Source: Macrostomum lignano | Taxonomy: Eukaryota | Length of the DNA stretch: 64,000 bases | Direction: 5' to 3' | NCBI GenBank assembly: GCA_002269645.1 | Contig: NIVC01000955.1 | Coordinates: 1-64,000, forward strand | Shown here: positions 10,901-20,000 of the stretch, one piece after another | Position numbering within the stretch: position 1 is the stretch's first letter | Layout: each line of letters opens with the position of its first letter | Program-made: the position numbers and the translations under genes | The notes under the pieces: generated by a model | Databases searched by the model: none | The model's input: the letters and a program-made list of their open reading frames with translations, nothing else | Told to the model about the DNA's origin: nothing

Positions 10901-11470
10901 ATGGATGAAACAAAAATTTGTACTACGTGTAAAATTGAGAAACCGATGACTAAAGAATTTTTTTGTTGGAGAAATGACACAAAAAAATTTAAAAATCTTT
11001 GTCGATCTTGTGAGAAAGTTAAATGTACTATGTGGAGAATAAACAATAAAGATAAATGTAATAAATATGCAAAAAATAAATATCGCACTGATGAAAATTT
11101 CAAAAATATTAGTCTAATTAGAGCTAAAATAACTTGGGCATTGAGAACTTTTCATGACAAACATTATATCTCCTATCTTGGTTGCACAAAAGAATTCTTT
11201 TTTGATTGGTTAAATTTCACAAGAAATTATTATGTTCCAAAAAATTATACTGGAAAGTTAGATATTGATCATTTCATTCCCGCTTCTTCATTTAGTTACA
11301 AAGACGATGATCAGATTAAAAAGTCTGAAAATTGGAGAAATAAAAGATACTTAACTAGCGTAGATAATAACTATAAAAAAGTTAAACAACCAACAATTGA
11401 AGAATTTGCGAAACAATTGGTGCTATCATGTATTTTTAAGGCTATTAAAAATGAACCAAATAGTGTTTGA
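10901..11470 (+). CDS. Free-standing HNH (endonuclease VII-like) nuclease with N-terminal zinc finger
   Basis: TATAAAATG start at 10901. CTTC...CRSC zinc finger, YLGC, and HNH core DIDHFIP...ENWRNKRYL...DN. Intact 189 aa. Confidence 0.8.
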   Translation: MDETKICTTCKIEKPMTKEFFCWRNDTKKFKNLCRSCEKVKCTMWRINNKDKCNKYAKNKYRTDENFKNISLIRAKITWALRTFHDKHYISYLGCTKEFFFDWLNFTRNYYVPKNYTGKLDIDHFIPASSFSYKDDDQIKKSENWRNKRYLTSVDNNYKKVKQPTIEEFAKQLVLSCIFKAIKNEPNSV

Positions 11471-11576
11471 AGGAGGATTTTTAGACTTACAAAAAGGATT
11501 AACAAGCTTACCACCAATCTTTACTACTGGGAGGTATACGGGTGAGCTACACCTACCATCAATGAACTTCACAGGT
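11451..11576 (+). CDS. PLA2-integrase fusion, exon 1
   Basis: AAAAATG at 11451; MNQIVFEGGFLDLQKGLTSLPPIFTTGRYTGELHLPSMNFTG. Joins in frame to exon 2 to give NFTG|PGTRL. Confidence 0.85.
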
Positions 11577-11879
11577 TATCCCGTGGCCTGAGTGGTAGAA
11601 GCAAAGCTACTGCTAGTCACTATTAGTGGCGATGTCTCCAAATTGCGTGAACCCCGTCATACAGCTTCAAGTACCACTTCAATTGAGAAATCTTTTGAAG
11701 GAACAGAGGTAACTCCTCTTCCCAAAGGTAAAAAGCTTGAAGACATGGTGGCAATGCGCAGCCAAGCTCCTAAGTATTTTAAATATAAGGAGAAGGTTCA
11801 GAGAGCAGACGGAGATGGGCGGTAATTATCGCCGCTTAAGGTGTGCTCCAGCCTCTTTCGAAAGATTGAGGGTAAACAG
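11577..11879 (+). ncRNA. Group I self-splicing intron (IC-like, with P2.1 and P5abc; no internal ORF), 303 nt
   Basis: P1: exon CAGGU pairs with GCCUG (11586-11590), giving U.G at the 5' splice site. P: AAAUUGCGUGAA (11640). Q: AAUGCGCAGCC. R: GUUCAGAGAGCA (11796-11807). S: UUAAGGUGUGCUCC. P7: G-A(bulge)-GAGCA/UGCUCC. P3: GUCUCC/GGAGAU. P8: GGCGGU/AUCGCC. L9 is GAAA. Terminal G at 11879. P10 can pair with exon 2 CCGGGGA. Confidence 0.93.
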
Positions 11880-13028
11880 CCGGGGACTAGACTGGATTTA
11901 AGATTAAATCCTGACAATACTCCAAAATCTGATTCAATTCCAATAAATGGGATTGATTGGTTAGCATACTATCACGACTTAGCATATAGAGATGCTGACA
12001 AGAACCCGCCCGAGGAAGCATTAAGATTAAAACATGATGCCGATCAAAAAATGATTCAAGGATTAGATAACTTGCAGGGATTATCGGTAGGTCAAAAATT
12101 AACTAGGTGGATGGTTAAAAAGATCTTGCAGTCTAAAGTTAAATTTGGTTTGGGAATTAATTATAATCAACATGGAAATAATTGTGTTGAGTGTTTGTTG
12201 TTAAGTGGCGGCGGGTTAAGTTCTGATGAGGCAAAGATTCTTCATAAAGAATATCGAAAACCTAAATTTTATAGAAAAATCATGAACTTCAAAAAGAATG
12301 AAATTTGGTATGCTGATTTAATGTCGATGCCGAACGAAAGAGGATATAAATATATCTTAACCATATTAGATGGTTTTACTCGATACGCGTGGGCTGTTCC
12401 TTTAAAATCCAAAAAGGGAGAGGAGGTTGCTGCTGCTTTTAGAAGTCTTGGAGAAAAAAGTGAAAGGTTGTGTGTTGACGAAGGAAAAGAATTTTACAAT
12501 CCTCACATGTATAAATTGTATCATTTTGAAAAAGGACAAGAAAGGAAAAAGGACGCGAATGGGGAGTATATTAATAAAATTTATTCTATTTATGGAGAGA
12601 GTAAAAACGCATTAATAGAAAGATTTAATAGAACTTTAGGTAAGAAATTATGGTTTCAGTTTAGTCTTAATGGTAACCAAAAATGGGTAAAAATATTACC
12701 AGACGTAGTGAAAGATTATAACAATTCATATCATTCGGCGATAAAGATGACTCCTCAACAAGCTTATAACAATCCTGAAAATGTTAGGGTTACTTTTGGA
12801 AAATTTGAAAAAAATAAAAAGAAATCTTTTAAGGTTGGTGATTCTGTTTATATCTATAAATGGAAAGATAAGTTTGAAAAGGGAAGAAAAGGATATTGGA
12901 AGATAAGTGAGAAATTTACCATCAGTAAAGTTTTAAATACAAATCCTACAACCTATATAATTGCTGATAAGGATGGTGAAGAAATATTGGGTTCTTTTTA
13001 TGAGAATCAGATATTATCTGCAAACTAA
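11880..13028 (+). CDS. PLA2-integrase fusion, exon 2: parvovirus-type phospholipase A2 domain plus retroviral-type DDE integrase
   Basis: PGTRL...INGIDWLAYYHDLAY...HDAD (PLA2 His-Asp). Integrase motifs WYADL, ILDGFTRY, CVDEGKEF and IERFNRTL, with C-terminal FKVGDSV...GSFYENQI. Spliced product is 424 aa. Confidence 0.93.
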   Translation, partial: PGTRLDLRLNPDNTPKSDSIPINGIDWLAYYHDLAYRDADKNPPEEALRLKHDADQKMIQGLDNLQGLSVGQKLTRWMVKKILQSKVKFGLGINYNQHGNNCVECLLLSGGGLSSDEAKILHKEYRKPKFYRKIMNFKKNEIWYADLMSMPNERGYKYILTILDGFTRYAWAVPLKSKKGEEVAAAFRSLGEKSERLCVDEGKEFYNPHMYKLYHFEKGQERKKDANGEYINKIYSIYGESKNALIERFNRTLGKKLWFQFSLNGNQKWVKILPDVVKDYNNSYHSAIKMTPQQAYNNPENVRVTFGKFEKNKKKSFKVGDSVYIYKWKDKFEKGRKGYWKISEKFTISKVLNTNPTTYIIADKDGEEILGSFYENQILSAN

Positions 13029-13038
13029 GTTCGATCAG

Positions 13039-13293
13039 TTACTTAAGACAACATGGTAGTAAATTTTTTATAACAAACAAAAACAATATTATTACAATAA
13101 TTGTTACTAATATTATTATTGACATTTGTTCAACTGTTATCAAACTTAAATTTTCATTAAGTTCATTAATCGGCACATTTCCGATGTAGGAATAATCGTG
13201 CAAAGCACGCGAACCATGGGTTCGATTTACCTTCATTTTTTTATATATATTTTTCACAATAAATGTCGTTTCTGTTATAGAATAATAGTTCAT
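13039..13293 (-). CDS. Small viral membrane protein with an in-frame double-hairpin insertion
   Basis: C-terminal TM segment IIILVTIIVIILFLFVI; VN[RTHGSRALHD]YSY. Confidence 0.55.
   Translation of the reverse strand: MNYYSITETTFIVKNIYKKMKVNRTHGSRALHDYSYIGNVPINELNENLSLITVEQMSIIILVTIIVIILFLFVIKNLLPCCLK
13197..13224. mobile_element. 28-bp double-hairpin element, copy 6 (in frame in ORF 13039..13293)
   Basis: AT-cgtgc(aaa)gcacg-cgaacc(atg)ggttcg-AT. Confidence 0.85.
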
Positions 13294-13309
13294 TTTTTAA
13301 ATATTTTTT

Positions 13310-13624
13310 TCACATAAAAATTTCACTTTCATTCTCTGAATCACTGGTTTCATATGAACTATTTGTTGATTCGGAATCTGTTGATCTAACCTCCCAATCA
13401 TCCGAATTTAAATAATCTCCAAGTTGAAATATTAACTCACCCTCTTGTTCTAAATCATACATCTCATCTAGCTCTAATGGATAAAGTTTTAGGTCGTGCT
13501 TGTCGTCATATTTTAAATAAACTTCATCAATTATTCCATTCAAAATATGTTGTTTTATTATCTCTGCATTTTTAGCAACAGTCTCAAAAGTATCACTAAC
13601 AGAAAAGGTGTAAACTCGGTTCAT
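13310..13624 (-). CDS. Acidic viral hypothetical protein
   Basis: TATAAAAAATG start; 104 aa with D/E/S-rich tail. Confidence 0.55.
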   Translation of the reverse strand: MNRVYTFSVSDTFETVAKNAEIIKQHILNGIIDEVYLKYDDKHDLKLYPLELDEMYDLEQEGELIFQLGDYLNSDDWEVRSTDSESTNSSYETSDSENESEIFM

Positions 13625-13714
13625 TTTTTATAACAGAAAAAGACCCTTCGCGCCTGCGGCGCGTGCGACGGGTTCTAGAAAGTTTGTGTGTGTTGGAGAG
13701 AGTTGGAAGCGTTG

Positions 13715-13952
13715 ACGATACAAAATACCCAGCAAACCAAAGCGAGCGACGAGGGCGTGTTCTCACCATTCAAAAAGAATTAATCGTTGTAAGTGTGAAA
13801 TGGCCTGTTTGACCGAAATGAAGCGAGGATGAGCGAAGCGAGTTGAGCGAAGTGAAGACGAGCGAAAATGAAGGGAAACAGGCCATTTCACACTGATAAA
13901 GGGTTAAATTGTTTGCAATGGTGAGAATGGTTTGCTGGGTATTTTGTATCGT
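13715..13952. repeat. Subterminal interrupted inverted repeat (long hairpin) in the Polinton right terminus
   Basis: Perfect arm pairs 13715-13739/13928-13952 (25 bp), 13760-13770/13917-13927 (11 bp) and 13792-13810/13876-13894 (19 bp). Confidence 0.9.
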
Positions 13953-14016
13953 ATATACTACTGACACTCAAATAAGACATCTACAGATAGTTAACCACCC
14001 AGTTTAAGAGACAAAC

Positions 14017-17000
14017 CTTCTCTTGTGCAATCAATCTAGCCAGCTCTTCTTCTCTTTCAGCCTTCCGCGTCCTTAACTCTGCCAGGAGGCTGCGCAGCTC
14101 CCTGTACCGCTCCAGCAGCCGGCGCCGCTCGCCAGAACTCAACTTCCTCAAAGGCCGCAAAGTGTTGCCGCTGCTGCCGCCGCTGCCGATGGTCAGCTGG
14201 CACAGGTGTCTGGCGTGCTGCTGCTGGCGCAGATGCCTGGATGTAGCCGCTTTGATTGCCGCCGACTGTTGCAACAGATCCGACGATGTCGAAGAGCCGA
14301 CGCTCTGCTGCGACAGCGAGCAACAGTCGTCGCTGGGGTCGGTCAGGATACTTGGCAACTGGGCTGGGAGCCGGTTCACACTCTGCGAGCTGTTATCTGA
14401 AAGATTCGCAAAAGTCGCGCGGAGTAACTAAAAAGCTAATATCAATATTTTTACTACTAGTAGAGCATCGCGTACACCCTCGTTGTTTTTATTAGCTAGA
14501 ATTTAAATGATTTTTGCTACATTTCTACTATCAGTAGTGTATCAAGTATATCAAATAAAAGCTCATTGTTATTAATTTTATTCTCAACACTAATCACACA
14601 ACAGTTAGGTCGCTAAATTAGTAGTTTAAAAAGGTCCCGGGTTCGATTCTGTAAAAATACACTCACAAGTCTATTTTCGAGTCTTATATTTAAGTACGCT
14701 AATTATGCGGTCAAGAAGCAGAATCAGTACTTTGGAGGTCCCGAGTTCGAATCTTAACAAATTTATTTACCCATTAATATATATAGAGCTCTAATTTAAT
14801 AGAGCTCATGAATAGGATACATTAGCAAGAATGGAGGTCCCGGGTTCGATTCGCAATAGCGAATCATACTCTCAATCGTTGATTTATTGTAGGCTGGAAT
14901 GCGGCTGACTGGATTAACTGGAAAGCAGGAAACTTGAAGCGCAGTAGAAAACATTCTGACTGCACTGCACCCAACCTAAATCACACTGTATCAGACACTA
15001 TATGCTTAGTGCATTAATACTAAAGTAATATGCTCGGGCACGCCAGAGGAAAATGAATCTAAGCAATTAACTTATGCGTAGAACTTGCAGTGCCCCGCCA
15101 ACACAAGCGCTTCCATAAATCTCCACTGTATAAGGGGCTTGTCCATAGTGCAAGTTTTCTAATATAATTTCAGGTTAATAACAGGGAAATTCTCAGGTTA
15201 ATAACAGGGAAATTCTCAGGCTAATAATAGGGAAATTCTCAGGTTAATAACAGGGAAATTCTCGGGTTAATAACAGGGAAATTCTCAGGTTAATAACAGG
15301 GAAATTCTCAGGTTAATAAGAGGGAAATTCTCAGGCTAATAACAGGGAAATTCTCAGGTCAATAACAGTGTGACTCTCAGGTTAACAGGCGGCAAACAGG
15401 TTACAGAAGCACTTATTCTTACACAGAGCCGGATGCTGCGATGTTTTCAGATCGCGCAGACTTCTACCGCCCGCGCTGCTACTACCTGAATGAAAGGTGG
15501 CGGTTGCTAAGGCGTTGTCAGGCGGTGTAACCACAACAGGCAGCTCAATGTTGGAGGGACTCGCAGTGGCTGACGCCAGAGACACCTGGGAGAATAGCAA
15601 ATGTGTAACTGACTGAAGTTATGGCCATAGAATAAAGTACTATAAGCAACATTATGGTCTAACTAATACGGTTTAGGCTTAAATATTTGTGGTAGAAAAT
15701 GAACAATATTGAGCGACTGATCAGATTTTACACATTCATTATGTGGCTACTCTATTCTTATAGACTAGGAATACAATCGATAGAACAGGAATAGAATGAA
15801 TAGCACAAGAATAGAATGGATAGCTAATCTAGCCGACAAAGAAGTCAGAGAACTTTATCCAGACTCACAAGGTTGTACGATCCGCGTCGTTTTTTCACGA
15901 TTCTGATGTGCATTTTAGCAATATTTTAGCTAGAGGAAATATAAGCAGAAAAATATGCTACCATGGAATAATATACACCTACGGGTTGATATGCCAGAAT
16001 TGCTTCCCGTATGGAACCAGGTAAAAAAGGAGTTAGAATTTGCGCAGTAAACTTATATATACTTACATACTGTAGAATTTTCTGGCTCCTTCTCTTTCAG
16101 TTTTCATGCCTCCATAGTTTCAGTCAATCAACACCTTTTGTCGCCCTTGCTCTAAGCTTTCTACCCTCTTTCGATAAGCACGTTGGGCTAAACTTAGTGA
16201 GCTTGCTTAATTAGCAGTCTGTAAGCATCTCTTTTTAATGCCTATTGGCGGCGTTTTCTACCTTTTAGTAGATGACACTAAACAGTGTACAACGCCGACA
16301 CACGCAACTAAGCAAGAAAATTTCTAATTTGTCCGAAATCGTTTTGTACATAGGACAGTTGTGCTTTAAGGCGGTACAAGGTCGATTGTGTATCAAGGCG
16401 GTACAAGATCGATTGTGTCTTAAGGCGGTAAAAGGTAGATTGTGTCTCAAAGCGGTAAAAGGTCAATTGTGTCTCAAAGCGGTAAAAGGTCAATTGTGTC
16501 TCAAGGCGGTAAAAGGTCAATTGTGTCTCAAGGCGGTAAAAGGTCAATTGTGTCTCAAAGCGGTAAAAGGTCAATTGTGTCTCAAGGCGGTAAAAGGTCA
16601 ATTGTGTCTCAAGGCGGTAAAAGGTCAATTGTGTCTCAAGGCGGTAAAAGGTCAATTGTGTCTCAAGGCGGTAAAAGGTCGATTGTTTCTCAAGGCGGTG
16701 CAAGTTCGATTGTTTCTCAAGGTGGTACAAGGTCGATTGTGTCTCAAGGTGGTACAAGGTCGATTGTGTCTCAAGGTGGTACAAGGTCGATTGTGTCCCA
16801 AGGTGGTAAAAGCTCGATTGTGTTTCAAGGCGGTACAAGGTTGATTGTGTCTCAAAGCGGTAAAAGGTCAATTGTGTCTCAAGGCGGTAAAAGGTCAATT
16901 GTGTCTTAAGGCGGTAAAAGGTCAACTGTGTCTCAAGGCGGTAAAAGGTCAATTGTGTCTCAAGGCGGTAAAAGGTCGATTGTTTCTCAAGGCGGTGCAA

Positions 17001-20000
17001 GTTCGATTGTTTCTCAAGGTGGTACAAGGTCGATTGTGTCTCAAGGTGGTACAAGGTCGATTGTGTCTCAAGGTGGTACAAGGTCGATTGTGTCCCAAGG
17101 TGGTAAAAGCTCGATTGTGTTTCAAGGCGGTACAAGGTTGATTGTGTCTCAAAGCGGTAAAAGGTCAATTGTGTCTCAAGGCGGTAAAAGGTCAATTGTG
17201 TCTTAAGGCGGTAAAAGGTCAACTGTGTCTCAAGGCGGTAAAAGGTCAATTGTGTCTCAAGGCGGTAAAAGGTCGATTGTTTCTCAAGGCGGTGCAAGGT
17301 CGATTGTTTCTCAAGGTGGTACAAGGTCGATTGTGTCTCAAGGTGGTACAAGGTCGATTGTCTCAAGGTGGTACAAGGTCGATTGTGTCTCAAGGTGGTA
17401 CAAGGTCGATTGTGTCTCAAGGTGGTACAAGGTCAATTGTTTCTCAAGGCGGTACAAGGTCAATTGTGTCTCAAGGCGGTACAAGGTTGATAGTACGTCG
17501 AGGCGGTAAAAAGTCGAGTTTAAAGCTCTCTCTTTCAGTCTCTTCGATAAGCACGTTCTTCCGATTCTAATTAGCAACTAAAAATCTTAACGTGCGTTCC
17601 ATCATATAGGGCTATCCATGTTGCGGTTATGCAATACTCGCAATAAATAATTAACAGCTGGGAAACAAGCCTTTTAGACGTATTGTAGAAGATAAATAAG
17701 TTAGACCAGGGCTGCTTGGGCCAGCGCAAAATAAGTCGAGGAAGAGGATTAAAAGTGCATTGGTTGCACCAACTTTACAGAGGCATGAAAAGGGTGGCAG
17801 GCAGGAAGAAGGAAAGATAATAATAACAGAATATTGACTGGAACTGTAGCGGTGATGAGTCATGCAGTCATTACTTATTGGTTGAAAATACATTTAGGCT
17901 CTGCACGGGCTGGGCACGAGAGGGAATGCTTGCGCAGCGCTTGGCCGATATCAGACACCAAGGACTTTCAAGGCATAGCTTCTGGATTGGAACCAGACAA
18001 TACGATTATTCAGTCTAGAAATATAATAGCACAAATTAAGTGGCGATTCTCATGACCGTTAAGTGACGATTCTCATGACCGTTAAATAACGATTCTCATG
18101 ACCGTTAAGTGACGATTCTCATGACCGTTAAATGACGATTCTCATGGCCGTTAAGTGGCGATTCTCATGACCGTTAAATGACGATTCTCATGGCCGTTAA
18201 GTGGCGATTTTCATGGCCGTTAAATGACGATTCTCATGGTCGTTAAGTGGCGATTCTCATGGCCTTTAAGTGGCGATTCTCATGGCCGTTAAGTGGCGAT
18301 TCTCATGACCGTTAAGTGGCGATTCTCATGGCCGTTAAGTGGCGATTCTAATGACCGTTAAGTGGCGATTCTAATGACCGTTAAATGACGATTCTCATGG
18401 TCGTTAAGTGGCGATTCTCATGACCGTTAAGTGGCGATTCTCATGGCCGTTTAGTGGTGATTCTCATGACCGTTAAATGACGATTCTCATGGTCGTTAAG
18501 TGGCGATTCTCATGACCGTTAAGTGGCGATTCTCATGACCGTTAAGTGGCGATTTTCATGACCGTTAAGTGGCGATTCTCATGACCGTTAAGTGGCGATT
18601 CTCATGACCGGTTAAGTGGCGATTCTCATGACCGTTAAGTGGCGATTTTCATGACCGTTAAGTGGCGATTCTCATGACCGTTAAGTGGCGATTCTCATGA
18701 CCGTTAAGTGGCTATTCTCATGGCCGTTTAGTGGCGATTCTCATGACCGTTAAATGGCGATTCTCATGACCGTTAAGTGGCGATTCTCATGACCGTTAAG
18801 TGGCGATTCTCATGACCGTTTAAGTGGCGATTTTCATGACCGTTAAGTGGCGATTCTCATGACCGTTAAGTGGCTCTATCGAGAGGGGGCAGACGGGTCA
18901 AGCTAGGCTATGCATGCTAACTAGAATCCCAGGAAAGCCATTAGTCACCCCACCCATCTCCGGAGAATGCCCCTGGCCAGATGTACTAAGCTTTGCCAGG
19001 AACGCACAAAACAGGGCGGATGGGGAGGATAAATACTATCTGGGACAGACGAAATAAAATCCTTATACTGTAGCTACAAAAAAATACTGGGAAGAAGCCG
19101 CCGCGCTATCCAGGTCCCAGATTACGAAATGGAGATGGGAAAAGAAGGAGTTAAGCGCAATCCATCCGTATCCCATGGGATATCCGATATCTATCGCTAT
19201 ATGAATAGAAAAACTTAGTTCATTTATACCATAGGGATCTCAATGGGTCAGGCAAGGTCAAAATAGGTCTGTTAGATAAAAAACTCTCATACTGGCATAT
19301 TTTATTATATGTAACTGACTCGCGTGTCTTTGTTAAGACTTGAAACAAAGAAAGGCAGCTCTAAGTTCCTAAGCTTTGTTAACTCTCTGTAAATATAAAA
19401 TTTTTCGCTAACAAATAATAAGCATGAGTGAATAGTTCCCTCATTCAGAAGAATTCCCCTATCTGAATAATTCCTTAATCCAGAAGAATTCCCTGTCTGA
19501 ATAATTCCCTCCGGATGAATTCCCCTGCCTGAAAAATTCCATAATCCAGAAGAATTCCCCCATCTGAATTAATTCTCTCATCCAGAAGAATTCCCCCATC
19601 TGAATTAATTCTCTCATCCAGAAGAATTCCCCCATCTGAATTAATTCTCTCATCCAGAAGAATTCCCTGTCTGAATAATTCCCTCCGGATGAATTCCCCT
19701 GCCTGAAAAATTCCATCATCCAGATGAATTCTCCTGTCTGAATAATTCCTTAATCCAGAAGAATTCCCCTATCTGAATAATTCCCTCATCCAGAAGAATT
19801 CCCCTGTCTGAATAATTCCTTAATCCAGAAGAATTCCTCCATCTGAATTAATTCTCTCATCCAGAAGAATTCCCCCATCTGAATTAATTCTCTCATCCAG
19901 AAGAATTCCCTGTCTGAATAATTCCCTCCGGATGAATTCCCCTGCCTGAAAAATTCCATCATCCAGATGAATTCCCCTATCTGAATAATTCTTTAATCCA

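Larger units (their letters stand above)
1..13962. mobile_element. Polinton/Maverick (adintovirus-like) endogenous virus, right-hand part; left end lies outside the window
   Basis: Cluster of pPolB, adenain protease, penton, FtsK/A32-type ATPase, MCP and rve integrase in AT-rich, nearly intron-free, densely packed DNA. Ends in ATACTACT at 13962, matching the Polinton 5'-AGT...ACT-3' terminus. Host exon sequence resumes at 14017. Candidate 6-bp TSD GACACT (13963-13968) cannot be confirmed without the left end. Confidence 0.95.

Noticed and set aside
10873-11470. HNH ORF as part of a second group I intron
   Set aside because: Only 28 AT-rich nt precede it and its 3' end overlaps the next gene. 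No P, Q, R or S elements flank it.
11592-11825. 77-aa ORF inside the intron as a homing endonuclease
   Set aside because: Non-ATG start, no LAGLIDADG, HNH, GIY-YIG or His-Cys motif, and it runs through the conserved ribozyme core. It is a chance ORF.
11575-11879. Spliceosomal GT...AG interpretation of the PLA2 insert
   Set aside because: Splicing at GT 11575 and AG 11879 gives ACA GCC GGG GAC TAG, a frameshift with an immediate stop. Only the group I boundaries (after U11576, after G11879) restore GPG, and the full ribozyme core is present.
16272-17577. Long repetitive ORFs (CLKAVKGQL, SQGGKRSIV, TLYRLETQ)
   Set aside because: Open in several frames on both strands because the 27-bp unit lacks stops. 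Intronic minisatellite.
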